A stretch of 63,917 nt of DNA, filler included, from Psammoneis japonica (GCA_008632985.1; 3 parts of 3 records of this genome joined end to end with filler, not necessarily neighbours in it); one strand, 5' to 3'; counted from the whole stretch's first letter, positions 51,100 to 63,917 are shown. Notes: generated by a model from the sequence alone, not told the origin. Numbers and translations: made by a program.

Positions 51100-52199
51100 T
51101 CTGCGTTCAACACTGTTTGCACTGCAGAGACGCAGGCACAGCATCTACACAGGCGTTTGCAGGTTTAATGAAGTCTTGAAAGAAGTCTTGAAAACACTCT
51201 CCCAATGGACAAAGCTTTTTGCATGAAATTCTTTGGCGTGTCTGATGGTGTGTTGTGTCGTCAAACGAAATTTTGAGTTTGAAGCAGAGGAGCGATTTTT
51301 TTTGTGTGAGCAATCTTTTTGTGCAAGCAAGCTGGAGCACACTCTTCTCCAGCACAGCATCTTGTTGGAGTTTGATGCTGACACTTTGGCAAAAAGTTGA
51401 GCACCAGCGCTTCAGAGTTTTCAAAGAGCTGTGGGGTTCCAAAAAATGTGGTGTGCACGCGCGGCTGCTGGCAAAAGGTGTGGTTTTGCAAGAAGGGGCA
51501 GCTGGCTGGGGAAGACAGATGAGAGCCAGCACATGCTGCCCCTGGTTGTTGCTGAGGGAGAGATGCCTCACTCCCAGCAGCCCAAAAACACCCTGCTCTG
51601 CCAAATCCTTAAAAGCGCTTGCATTTTCACCCTTTTGTGTTTCTCTCGAACATGTCCTTGTGTTTGCAGATGTCAAGGAAAAGCTCGCCCCTGTCTTTTC
51701 TGCTCATCCTTTTGGTGCTCTTTTCTCAGATTTGCAGGCCACAGCAAAGAAGAAAGGGCAGATGCAGGTGACATTGGTGTTGTGGTGGGTCAAGGAGGTG
51801 CAAGCAGGAACAAAGCAACCTGGGCACAAGATGTGAGACATCAGAGAGATCACTTTGTTGCAAGAGCAATTTCTGCGGCACACCTGCAAAAGTCAAAAGT
51901 GGCGTGAAGTGTCCGCAGTCTGCACAGGTGGCCACTCTGCATTTGAGAGCTCTCAACAGGGGGGGAGCCAACTGGACTTGGTGCCGATGGGCTCCAGAGG
52001 TGTCTGACTTTTTGGGGGAGCCTCAAAGCAGGGGTTTGTCAAATTGATCGCTGAGCCTGCAGTGTGCTCAGTGCCATGGGTGCCACAATGTTGCCAGGCT
52101 GCTCCAGCCTGGAGATCATTCCCTGGGCTCATTTGTCTGAATTTCTCCTTTGAGGAGCCCCCACCATAAAAATGGGGCAAGATCCTGCAGAGGTGGGGT
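51100..52199. repeat. TpA-depleted repeat remnant; its left ~280 bp is an inverted homologue of ~41170-41440
   Basis: Shared catcagacac..caaa.aatttcat.caaaaagctttgtcc.ttggga...caagacttcatt.acctgcaaacg; almost no TA dinucleotides. Confidence 0.7.
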
Positions 52200-52299
52200 N
52201 NNNNNNNNNNNNNNNNNNNNNNNNNNNNNNNNNNNNNNNNNNNTTAATTAATTAANNNNNNNNNNNNNNNNNNNNNNNNNNNNNNNNNNNNNNNNNNNN
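52200..52299. other. Assembly gap with artificial TTAATTAATTAA linker
   Basis: N-run / ttaattaattaa / N-run. Confidence 0.97.
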
Positions 52300-52510
52300 C
52301 AACCCCAGGCTTCAGACATGAATTATCCTGTGACGCTCGGATGCTGTCGAGGCAATTTTTTAGTTCCACTTGCTCTTCTACACACTCCGTTTGGCAAGGG
52401 GATGGCTCGGTACTATGCCCAGCTGAACTCCCTATCAGTTCGCCATTTCTTAACAAAGTGGACATTATGCTTTTCTCGTCGGAAGATTGCGGTGAATCAT
52501 CAGATGATGC
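52300..52510 (-). CDS. 5' part of a small hypothetical Cys-motif protein, truncated by the gap
   Basis: MASSDDSPQ...PCQTECVEEQVELKNCLDS...SCLKPG contains a CX9C spacing; normal TA content. Confidence 0.35.
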
Positions 52511-52955
52511 CATTGCTCTATGATTCCTTCTTAATTCTGGTTGCTGCGGAGCACTCACACTGCCACTACTCGATTTTATTCTTCCCACTCTGGATGCTAC
52601 CGGTACGTTCAGAAATAATGGAATGACAATAATGCTATTTGATGCTGCAATAAGTCCCAAGATACACTGTACCGGTAGAGAGATTACAGTAGGGCCCTTT
52701 CTACTAGCTAGAGATTAGGCTTTGCGTTTTGCGTTTTGCTGTATCATTGGAATAGTTCTCAGTTTGCGATGCTGATGCGAGATGCGACGACAAAAGCGGA
52801 AGGTTTTCACGTTTCTGAGGAAAAAGTGGCTTGAGCCTGCAAAATCGACGAAAAGAGCAAAAATGATAAAATCGTGTCTATTGTGGGTATTCTCAAATTC
52901 GACGACTCGCTCCTGTCGGTGCCGGTAGTCTACTCTTCTACTACAAGTATCCATA

Positions 52956-54188
52956 CGGGGCGATCCAGGAAACTTCGAAGTTTCGAAAAATATACTAGAA
53001 GATTCCTAATTCCTATCAATATATCTCTACGTGGACCTCGTGTAGGATAGACAAAAGCTTCGAACATTTTGAGGTTTCTGTCTCTATTGCCCTTTATATT
53101 GCCCAAGAGAAAGTTCGAAGTGTTCGAAGTTGTTCGAAGTGTTCGAATACTTCGAACACTTCGAAGTACTTCGAACATTTTCGAAGCTTTATATAACATT
53201 AAGTATCTGATATAATTCATACTTTCTGATTTGTCAGCTTCCTCCGTATAACGTGGTAATGCTTCTACGAGTACGATATTTTTTGTGTGCGAACGCGACC
53301 CTGACAGCGCTCGCACAAGCTCGGCACAAAACCATGCCGCCATGACCGAAATGCCGCCGCTTCCGACGCGACAACATGTTGAAACTACTGTGAGATGCCC
53401 CTGACTTGTCAATCAACCCACGAGGGATTGTGTGCCGTGTTGTAATGACATCGTTCGACCCGTTTTTGCATTGACATCGTTGATGGAAGCTCGTCATTTT
53501 TCGTTTGTACGGGGTTTCACGTGGTTTGTCTCGACGACAATGGTGGAGCGGTTCTACAGACGACAAAATTGGATTTGAGGTGCTGCATCGTGGCATTTTT
53601 GACCCAAGCGGTCGATAGAGGACCCATGTATTGCTTGTTAGCGTCGAAATGAGTGGTTTTGGGCAATCGGCTTCCGAATTCCTGCCACCATGGTCGTGAA
53701 GCACGGCGTTGCACCATGACCATGTCAAAATCAAGCCAATTACAGTATTGATAATGTACAGTGCCGAATAAATAATACGGGATAGATGATGTCATTATTT
53801 TTCGTCCTTTATGTGATTGGGCAATACTGTTCCATTGTACGGTAGGTACGTACTATTCGAACACGTCGAACTTGTTCGAACAAGTTCGAACTTTGTTCGA
53901 ATAAGTTCGAAGTGGGCAAGATGGCAATAGTAATTGTTCGAACAATTAGGCACTTAGAATCAAAAGGATAAGAGGGCAATATGTTCTCGACAAAAATTCG
54001 AACACTTCGAACAATATTCGAAATTTTCGAACAACTTCGAACACAACAAATATTTGTTCGAACTTTTATCTATTGCCCCTTATTTAACTTGTACCAACCA
54101 GGTACGAGCTCTGCGCGTAGAATAATGTACAGAAATGTCATGGAATATGGAATCTTTTGAAGCCTTCGAAGTTTCCTGGATCTCCCGG
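52956..54188. mobile_element. Non-autonomous TIR element (Tc1/mariner-like MITE) with TA target duplication and subterminal TTCGAA arrays
   Basis: TA|cggggcgatccaggaaacttcgaag ... cttcgaagtttcctggatctcccgg|TA; clusters of TTCGAA at ~53113-53186 and ~53855-54063; no transposase ORF. Confidence 0.8.
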
Positions 54189-54213
54189 TAGGCGCCCTCT
54201 CTCTAGCTACTCT

Positions 54214-55717
54214 CAGAAAACGTATCCGCGGTATGGTAAGTGCGGTCATAACGGCGGTATGGAAATCTGATTGGACAAACGACGTCAGCTATGAAATTTA
54301 CTCTTCACATTAAGTAAAGATGACATCATCCTTACCCCACCATCTATTCGGCCCGTGCGTCGCCGCCGCCGAGCAACTTCAAAAATTCTCAAGTCCCCAA
54401 GAGCCAAGAGACGTGAAAAAAGACAACACACTGTGTACGCAAACAGCACGAACCGCCCATGACAGCGGCAACTTTCGGACTGGTGAGCATAAAAATAACA
54501 CCATTAGAACCGCAGTATTCTTGTTAGTATGTGTTCGTTGTTTCTCTTTTTGTTCAATGCAAGTCCGACACTCTTAAGGGATAATTTCTTCAACTTTCAA
54601 GTAGAAAGTTTTGCACCGTCCTTCTCGGGCCATTTAGTCCACCTATACTAAAATCATTTAGCTCACATATAACACCGTTCAATCCGCTATATCTAAATTA
54701 CTCTCTATGGTAGTTTCTGTGTCATAGAGATCTAGTTTAGGGACCTTATGCATGGCCATCTGCGATGCAAGAAAAGACCTCAAAAATTCTTTCAATACAA
54801 CAGGTCCATTTTGGAAAGAAGTACGCAAAGCATTACCATTTCCTTCTCGACACGTATCATAACTACTTCATATTATCGATTGATGCTACTTCTACAGTCA
54901 TAAAGTAGAGAGAAGTTGTCCAAAACAACCACACACCGCCATGGCGACTTGCACAAAAACAATTCTATGTACGCGCGGCTTCAGTAGAAGTACTTGACGT
55001 GATGCGTCTGATACAGTGTATGAGGCTACGACTAGCATAAACGTACCTGTTATACCGGTCAGACATTTTGTATTGGATTTTATGTACCTCTTTATTTAAC
55101 GATAACGGTTCTTGCCAGAACAAATAGCAGTTTTTACATGTGTTACCTATACAAATGCCTCACAAAAGTCTATACTTTTCAACTATTTAGAAGTTTTTGC
55201 AGATGTTACACATTCAACCGTCGATACTCCGTTTGTCAACTCCGTCTTTGGATAATACTATACATATGCTCGAATGACTGATTTAATGGCGTGGCGGGCG
55301 TGGGCATGACCTTCATTTGAATTCGTACTTATGAAGAGACATTCTATTTATTGCCTCTGCATTTTGTTCGTTAAGTGCGTAGACCAGTACAAATCCTACA
55401 CAAAAAGTCATATGCAGTCAATCAACATTGTTGTATATTCGTCATTAATAAATCATTTGAATCTTTTTTATATGTCAATGGTTACATCATATTGCATTTT
55501 ATGCTAGTCGTAGCCCCATACAGTACAGTACTGTACGTACCGTACTGTAGGTAGATTGCGTGCGTGCGGCTACCGTACCGGTAGTAGCTGGGGGGGCAAT
55601 AATGATGTCAACATTACTTATTGTGAACAACAAAGTTTTTAGCTGACGTCGTTTGTCCAATCAGATTTCCATACCGCCGTTATGACCGCACTTACCATAC
55701 CGCGGATACGTTTTCTG
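54214..55717. mobile_element. Non-autonomous DNA transposon with perfect 78-bp TIRs
   Basis: cagaaaacgtatccgcggtatggtaagtgcggtcataacggcggtatggaaatctgattggacaaacgacgtcagcta (54214-54291) is the reverse complement of 55640-55717; flanks agctactct / ctctactct suggest an imperfect 9-bp TSD; AT-rich non-coding interior. Confidence 0.9.
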
Positions 55718-55808
55718 CTCTACTCTAGGGCCTAGAGCTACTCTCTAGAGAGTAGTAGGTACCGTAGAGAAACAGAGGCTCCTCCAGCATCGACATCATA
55801 CTACCGTA

Positions 55809-58800
55809 TCAAAAACCTCTCGACCTGTTGTCAAAGACCCGTGCTGATCGTCTATAAGGACTTCTCGGAAGCTGCATCCGTCTGTCAAGAAGCGAGGTAG
55901 CGGATCCATCATCGGCACTAAGCAGGGAAACCACGTTCATCCATTCTTGGAATCTCAATTGGGACGAGAATTCGAGCGAAAGACGGTCTCTACCGCGTGA
56001 GTGTAGTACTCCGACCAGAACCAGAGCATTCCCTAAAGTTCCGAATAATGTCACGGCCTCCACACAGCTCCTTGTTCGATGGCGGTGTCGGTAACGTGTC
56101 GTGAGAAGCACTAATGATGCTGCGATGCAGACGGCTCGATTGGTCATTCTGCCCTTCAGAAACCTCTTGCAACGATCGGCGCATCGACGACATGTCCAAT
56201 GCCGATTCTTCAGCATGTCCAACAAGTTGCCCCCCAGCAACGATGCGACCTAAGACTCCTTGGTCAAAGCCCATCTCTACGAGGTGAATGTGTCGAAGCT
56301 CTTGTATAAGCGTGGGTAGCTGCTGTCGACGGTATGCAAAAACCGCGACGATGACTGCTGTGTTGAGGCAGCATATGTTCTCGTGATTGATATTTTGCAA
56401 GTTTACAGCATCCAGCAAGTCCCGTACCAATCTGGTCTGGTTAGCCAACAGGAACCACGCAAGCCGCTTAAAGAATTGCGTGGAAACTACTGTTTCACCC
56501 ACTCCCAACGCCGCAGGAGCCTCTACTACATGGCCAACAGGAGGCGAGAAAACCCATTCGAAATGCCCGATAGGCATGTCCAAAAGTAGTCTATGTCCGT
56601 CGATACTTTCGCCATCCCCGTGAATCGCTGCTGCACCGCCAAACCTTTGGAGGGCGTGCGGAACTGACGGTCGATCAAAATAGTTCTCCTTACACCGAAC
56701 AACGCTTGAGCGCAACGGTTGCGCAATGCCATCGAGAGAATCACGGCGATCGTCGCGGCGCAACTCATTGGGTGTTGGGTCCCACCAAGAGTGAGTGAGG
56801 AATGACACTGCGGACGGATCGACACAACTTCCGTTGCTTCCATTCATTATGTGATCGTCCTCAACGATTCGCTCAACGCTCAATATCATAGACCGTAGAA
56901 AAACATTCGAGTCAACAAGATTTGAGGCTGCTACGCGCATGATCCTCGTAAACCCATCTTCCCAAACTGCCCGAAAAGCAAATGAAGAATTTCGCGATTT
57001 CCTTTGCAAAGCTCTCCCAACAGGTCAAACGCAGTTTGGAGACTGCCGGCGCAGTGTAACTTGTCGCTGACAACATCCTCTTTAAGATAGTCCAGCAAGC
57101 CTGAATGGGCAACAAACACTTGCTCCTCATGAGAGGACCCACGCAAGAACGATTCGGCACAGCTCGCAAGCCAGAATCTGTATGGCGAGTCATCCGTTTC
57201 GCCCATGAAAGCAGCCAAAACCTTTGATAGCAAACCAGGTCGAAGCTGCGATCTGTCTAGCCCAGCTTTGTTGCCAGATGAAATGAATTCCCGTTCGGCC
57301 GCGCTTAGAAGCAGCCGTCTCCCAGAGTAGTTGTTACAGTCTCGATCACAAAAGTTGTGCAATAGCCTCAGGTACTGGACTCTGAGGGCACTCTCAGGAT
57401 TGCACTCGCACCCTGGAATACGACGTCAAGTGAGGAAGATGGCAAAGAAATAAAGGCTGAAAGTCCAAACACTGTACGTACCTGGTCCGTGGATGCCATT
57501 TGGTGTCTCTTCTTCTTCGTCCCCAGCTGCCTGACGGGGCTCCCCCGCCGTGTGTCCCCACGAAAGGCGATGGAACATGTCGTCAAGAATCGGAATCAAA
57601 CCTAGCTGGTCAAGTCTTCTCTGCGTATCGATTTTGCGGCGGCCGCCAAGTAAAGTGCATAACACAAACAGGACTTCAACCTGATAAGGAGCCAATAAAA
57701 GGGCGTTAAATTGCATCGCGTTCGCCGCATCCTGGGGTGTACTTATGCGGAATCTCCGACGTCCTCTTCGAAGAACGTGCATGGACGGGCCACCCGCTAG
57801 CCCAAATCCAACAGTTTCCATTGCAGCATTGCCGGCGTAGTCTAGACCAGTTCCCCTCATTGGTTGGTCGAGACGCGAGTGCTCTGGTCTCCCTGGCGTT
57901 TGCCTGCCGTCTACGACGCCAGCGCTTTGGGCAGCATTAACTACTCGAATGATATGGCCCACTTGCGTGGCCTGTTGGCTCGAATTGTCCAGAAACAACT
58001 CTTCTAGATCTTCGAGCATGCTCGCAACTGAACCCAATTCACTCAAGGACACAGTTTCCGATTCACCAGAGCCATTGGAAGCGACATATTTTGAATGGAG
58101 ATCCAAGCCCTTCCTCGCTAAGTCCTGGACGACTTCAACTTCACTCCAGTCCACAAATTCACTTAGACCAAGCATCGCAAGCGTATCGGCAATCCAAGGG
58201 AAATGCGCCATAACGTGATACACGGTTCCTCGTTTTAGATCGGGGGAAAAATTCATGACTTTCATGAGCTGCAAAAGTCTTTTCAGGAGGTCGGGGTCTC
58301 CAAGCAGAATGGCTTGGTTCATGTCGACCGCAGCATCCTGGCCAGCACGAGCTGCCCTATCACGTCGAAGTTGTAACATATCGATCGACTTGAGAACAGA
58401 GGGGCTCTCCAGCAGCTGACGATCTTCAGGCTCAAACACCAATAACGCTAAGATACGGCAAAAATGAGCTAGTGCCGACAACTGAAGCTACCCCACAAGC
58501 TGTAAAGGTCGGGCACATTCCCAAGGTAAAAGGTGCTTGTTGGTCTACATCCAGCTGGTCGTCGATAATCTAAGGATTCTTCAGGCGAGTGCTCTCCATC
58601 CCTGTTGTCGGGAGTGGGCATCTGAGCCTGAAAGCTAAGAATTTCTTCAATCAGAGTTGCGGCGCCATCGAAGCAGCTGTCATGAGATAAGAGCGTGAAC
58701 AGAAATGGCAAAAAGTTTCCTTTGCCTCGTAGACTACTGGCTTCAATGACATCGGGGAGAGCATAAGTCAGCTCTCTGAGAGACGCCATGACTTCATTCC

Positions 58801-60053
58801 AGCAGCCTGACAGCTTGTTCGACACAATCTCCTTGCTCAAGTCACGGGCGTCATTGGAATACATGATTTGGTCACCAACGAAACTAGGCTCGCGAAATAT
58901 TTGAACAAGAAGTTCAATACCCCCAGAGAGAACGAAAACCTCGCGTTCGAACCCAAGCCTACCTCCGCCTCCGCGATATGGCGAGGAACCGGGTGGGAGT
59001 GAAGGATCATCGATGCCCTGTCCTCTGTTGCCTCCTATGGCTACAGAAGGATCACCAATTAATCTTGGAGAAAGTCTAGATACAACGGCCTGCGTTTCGA
59101 CCCAGTCTTTGTTCTCTATTGCTTCTTTCAATAGGTTCGTCTCTGATAGCATCGCTCCAGATGGCTTATCGAGAGCTGAGTAGAGTGTTTGGCCACCAAT
59201 GGCTTTAAGCCTGTTCACCGAATGCTCCTGGCGGTTGGAGGTTGCCTTACCCGTAGCCTAAGAAGAAGAGTAAGGACAACGCGTTCAGTTCAACAGGCTT
59301 TCTTTTATCAAACGAAATAATATTAACAACAACCAACACTTACCTCTCTTGCTAGAAGTGAAAGCACAACGTTTGGACCGCCACTTCTCGTACGACGGAT
59401 AATAGCGGGTGCAAGGCAGAAGAATCTAGTCTTTCAGATATGTCTTCTCCCTGGACAGAACTCGAGTGGCCTCTTATTCCATTGTTTCCGTCGTCGATAC
59501 AGCGATCGGAGGTACGACATGATACGCAAGCATTGTCGGTAGAGTCAGGCAAAGATAAGATGGGAGCGGCTGATATGTGTCCCAGCAGCAGCTTTTCCAC
59601 ACTCCGGCCCATCCATGCACACTGTTCGCTGACTTCAGGTGTGAATTCTTCAAACACTTGGTGAGATTCGCTGTCCTCGGCAAACGAAGTTGGCGATCTG
59701 GGAGTAAGTGGGATTAGCACAGGAGAACGGTCCTGATGCAGCTGTGGGTCACGGTCGCCATTAATCAAGTAAGGATTCAACACGACATCGTTTATCTGTC
59801 CATGGGAAAGCAACGAAGCGCCCTTTGAATCATCAAAGTCTCCGTCAAAATTGTTTTGAATCAATGCCGGGCGCTGTTTCGTTAAGCGACGGCGAATCAC
59901 ACCCGTTCGATTCGTCGCCGCGTTCTGCTCTCTCACGTGTTCTTCTACATTGTAATGCCTCCGAGCGTCTTGTTGGGTTGATAAATCATCCTGTCGAGTG
60001 CGAGAGTCCCCATTACCCCCGCGACGATGGCGAGAGGACGGCGTGTTCCCCAT
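55809..60053 (-). CDS. TRPC4AP: TRPC4-associated protein (TRUSS)-like; introns 59343-59258 and 57481-57413; several apparent 1-bp frameshifts
   Basis: Spliced GIHGPGCECNPESALRVQYLRLLHNFCD, YRFWLASCAESFLRG, LQTAFDLLGELCKGN, NLVDSNVFLR, HENICCLNT and DRLSLEFSS match TRPC4AP blocks; linkage of the N-terminal exon (MGNTPSS) needs one frameshift near 59395. Confidence 0.8.
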
Positions 60054-60828
60054 GGCCTTGCGCTGTTTTTGACAGAGAGTTCAGAGTGGCTTTTATCGTG
60101 TCCACCTCTGACAGTGGCTTGTATGTACCACGATGCCGTACGTGGATTTCTACGCAGCCGGGCTATTGCTGACGAAATGTCTAGCTTGTCCCCACGTCCG
60201 TCCGTCAGCCGCATGTGACGGTACGACATGGACTCCCTCCTCTCGCTCTCTACTACTCTGCTCGCTCTACCTCTAGCTCTAGTAGCTAGAGCTTGTAGAG
60301 CTACTCTAGCTAGAGTAGAGGCCCTACTTATACTACTAGCTACTAGTAGAGTAGAGGGCCTACAGTACCGGTAGCGTGCCTGTTGTGTTGTGGCCGGAAC
60401 GTCGCGAGAGCAGCTTGGTTCGTTGTCGCACCACACTATGGGAGCGGTAGTTAGATCGGTACGGTCTTATCTTAGGTGCTGGAGTTAGTTGGGAGTACTG
60501 TACGGGTACGAGTACTTACTCTAGTGCCTCTAATCTCTCTAGCTAGTAGTAGCTAGATAGCTACGGTTCTAGTCGCTAGCTCTTGCGAGATGCTGTGTCG
60601 CAGTCCTGTAGCAACTCTCAGCAGCTGCACTCTCAACTCTCTCGAGAGACGTAGGCTAGTTTTGAGCTGGTGAGATGAACTCCCGCCTGATCACAAGGAA
60701 AGTTGGAACGCACTCCCGTTGAACATATTCCTAATTGTTTTTCGCTCTTTCTAATGATGGAATCCCTTCCTGGGTTGTAATGGTGTCTCGCAGACCCTAC
60801 AGAGCCGCGTAGTGCAACTGATACATTT

Positions 60829-63308
60829 TTACGCTAGTGCTGAATTGACGACCTCCATGAGTTTGTCGACTTTCGCCTGATCAGACGTACCAACGCCACC
60901 ACCAGACACTTTGATTGTCAAAATCAACAACGCCTCGCCCGGTGTCTTGTTGATATTTCCTTGAATCAAGAACAATGCATCGCTCGAAGCATCCTTGGCG
61001 TAAAGAAAAAACTTGAACTCGGTTTCCAGCTCACCACTTGCCATGGTAAGAATATGCTTCTCCGATAAAACTTGTTCAACTTCCTCCGTCGAAGACGGCA
61101 AGGCCTTCATGATAACAGTCGCAACGATAGCGTCGGCATCACTCACCTCACCCCATTTCGCCTGATATTCATCGCCATCAATGGTAACTTCAGGAGTCAA
61201 ACCAAAACTCTGGGATGAAGCGGGAGCAGGAGCTGGCGAAGGAGTACCGAATCCAAGTAGATCAACCAAATCGTCTTGCGGTGGAGCCGGAGCTGCGGCT
61301 GTAGGAGCAGCCAAACTCTCTTGCTCCGACTTGGGATCGTCGAGAGAAGGCAACACCGCAGGTGCCCCCCGTCACCCTGAAGATGCTCTACTGGCATTTT
61401 GACGAAATTGACCTGGTGCTCCTCTGCAATGAAATTCTCCGAGGTCTTCCCGTACACAATACTTAAAGTATTGAATTCATTCATCAAGGCCGCGCGAAGC
61501 TCACTGTCGTCGTACTCTGAAAAATTAGCTGGGCTCTCAATGACCATGTTTGTATTCACAACTTTCTCTGCTACTTTTGGATCTCCAGCGAACTTCAAGA
61601 GGCGGTAGTACAAAAGTGCGCGGTCGTGCAAATCCTGCGAGGACACGTCTTCCGTTGCCTTGCTCAGGAGTCGTCCCAACATTCGTTGAACCTCCGGAGG
61701 ACGAAGGAAGAAGAGCTTCATGGTGCTGGTCAAAAGCGCAGACTTGACATTAGCGTCCGAAATCTCATCATACGTGTCAATGAGCTTCTCCAGCGAATAC
61801 GGCGCTTCCTTGACAATGCTTCCGCACTCTCCCAGCAAGTAGATAAGACTGGCCTTGCCAGCGGGCTCCGTCACATACTTGAGAGTGCGGGGGAGAGGCG
61901 GAGCCACGATTGTTTTCAGCGAAGGATGCTTCCGGATGACAGATGCCAATGCAGTAGCAGCTTCACTACAAACGTGGTCTACATTCAGGTCGAGCATCTC
62001 CACCAGCCTCGTGGCAATGCTCTCGGCACAGCCAGGTCCACCAACATCACGACACGCAATCATTGTCATGCTCCTTACAGCCTCTCGACTCATAGTCACG
62101 TCAACATCGGCAACGTTCTCTGCAAGCTCCGCGACAATGTCGGGAGCGTTCTCCGCGTTGGCTAGTTTCGGGAGAATGTCAATTTTGAGGTACTTGATGT
62201 GGGTAGGCTCGTGGTACCTGACGTAAAACTGACGGTACTCGTCATCGAAGATTCCGGGGCAAAGCTCCACGAGTGACTCAACGTGCTTCAAAAGGCAGTA
62301 AACAAGCTCTGAGGAACCGGACGCAACCAACGTGATGAGGGGGCCTTGACTCGGGTCACCACTTGCCTCAACATGGCGTCCTTGTCAGCACCACCAACAT
62401 GCTCCGCCAGTTCCAGAAAGGCCCGGATAGTGGCAAGAACAGCGCCACTGTTTGATGTCCTCAAGACAGGATCGAGAAGGTTCATGATTTGGAATGCTTC
62501 CTCCTCGTTGGCAGGGATGTATCTCGGCACCAGATTGAGAACCTGAACAATCCCAAACTCCGAGAACTCGTGTATCCTGTTCAAAAGGTGAAGCATAATG
62601 GCACGATTGATCGCCATACCGCCATTAGGACTCTTCTGCATGACTTCGTCAAGGACAATGATGCAATTGGTCACAACAGTGGCGTCAGTATCCCTGAGCA
62701 TATCGTATAAGATATCAACGAAACTGCATCTCTCAAACGCCTCCTTGTCTAGATGATATAGCTTGAGTACACCCATGACCCCCGTCTTGCGCACATAAGC
62801 GTGTCCATCTGTTAGAGATCTGCGTAGCGGTTCCGAAATGTATTCCACCATTTGCGGCAGCCTGAGACTGCATAGCGCACGGAGTGCGAGGCCCCTCACC
62901 ATGGGATCATCGTTGCCGCAATCCTTCTGAAGCGTGTTGGTGCACATTTGCGCCAAGTCCGGATGAGTGGTTGCGTAGTTGCAAAGAAACAGGTACACCA
63001 TCTTCTTGATGACGAGGTCTCGTGTCTCGATAGCAAGCATCATTTCCGTAAAGAGACGAGAGACATCGATACCGAGAGTCATGTAGCAATGACCTTTTTG
63101 ATGATATCGCGCTTGCGCTGAGGGTTCTTCTCCGTAGCGAAGTACGCAGAAGATTACGAAGTTCATTGACTTCTCCTTTACGCGTCTCGGTAAAGTACGA
63201 GTCAGGGACGGCGCCAGCGACGGCATTGGGATTCGTTGCGGTGGCTACACCCGCCGGTCCTTGAGGGTATGCACTTTGGCTTCTTGGATACGGAGTTGCC
63301 GAAGACAT
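60829..63308 (-). CDS. AP4B1: Beta-adaptin, AP-4 complex beta subunit-like; apparent frameshifts near 63150-63100, 62340 and 61370
   Basis: KGEVNELR, YMTLGIDVS.LF, DLVIKKMVYL, DPMVRGLALR, AYVRKTGVMG, DLHDRALLYYRLL, EFNTLSIVYGK, linker with DLLGF and a C-terminal appendage domain. Confidence 0.85.
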
Positions 63309-63917
63309 GGTTTCTTCTAACTTCTCTATTACTGGCGGCAGGCGGCACCTTCTCGACACGAACAATATGACACCGGTGAAACGACAACACACAACCACCA
63401 GTATAATAGCTGGCACTCAACAGCACTCTCAATCGTCTCCAATCGCTCTTCAACTCTACCGTACAGTACGGTGTAGGGCCCTATGGATAGCTATGCGTAC
63501 AAGTACCGTCTACCGTACTGTATGTTGAAATCAGCAATAAGCGGGGGCCAGCACGGAGAAGTGAGGATATATGATGTACGTGTCTTGATATAAAAATTAC
63601 ATGAGAATTGTTGAATCTCGTTTTGCGCTTCAAAAAATACAAACGACCATGTTCGACGGCAACGGGCAGCCGGAGAAAACTGAAACACCCAAATCCAAAC
63701 ACATGGTCAGAAGCAGCAGCAATTGAAGATTATCACAGCAACAAAAACAGTTTGATTACTTGGTTTTTTATCATTTTATCGATCGATTCAACATGCGGGT
63801 CGGACAAGGACTCAGTTCAGTCATGTGGACTCAATTCGGTTTTTTGCTGGTAGGGCCCCCAGGCCTCTCACACGGGGAAGTGCCACGACAGTCGAATAAT
63901 TCGATTGGACTCAAACG

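Noticed and set aside
53113..54063. TTCGAA arrays as heat-shock elements
   Set aside because: Spacing is TTCGAA and GAAnnnTTC rather than the canonical nGAAnnTTCn; the position inside TIRs fits subterminal repeats better.
27296..63308. Frameshifts in the acyl-CoA synthetase, GTPase 2, ThiO, kinase, TRPC4AP and AP4B1 as pseudogenisation or programmed frameshifting
   Set aside because: Single-base indels occur in most genes, including conserved housekeeping ones, with otherwise intact motifs; consensus sequencing error is the simplest explanation.

Overview
Eukaryotic draft-assembly window, most likely from a diatom (inferred from diatom-type copia/gypsy proteins, short GT-AG introns and an ASAF-like plastid-targeting presequence). 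It has two compartments. (1) Decayed, nested transposon DNA at about 1-27.0 kb, 29.7-36.3 kb and 51.1-52.2 kb, containing Ty1/copia, two Ty3/gypsy elements, a probable Ginger-like end, small inverted-repeat elements and unidentified repeats. (2) Host genes: an ADP-forming acyl-CoA synthetase, two dynamin-like GTPase paralogues flanking an ankyrin-like gene, an HACD/PTPLA fused to an SDR-like domain, plastid ThiO, an STK16-like kinase, TRPC4AP and AP-4 beta adaptin. Two young TIR elements lie at 53.0-55.7 kb. The most striking signal is a repeat-restricted mutational signature. TpA dinucleotides are largely erased in old TE DNA by TA->TG / TA->CA (A:T->G:C) changes, so conserved Tyr codons read Cys/His and TAA/TAG stops vanish, on top of ordinary CpG decay. 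This is the opposite direction to fungal RIP, stops abruptly at gene borders, and may reflect an undescribed repeat-targeted hypermutation system. Many host genes carry 1-bp frameshifts that are probably sequencing errors. All coordinates and alignments were read by eye; no counts or searches were run.
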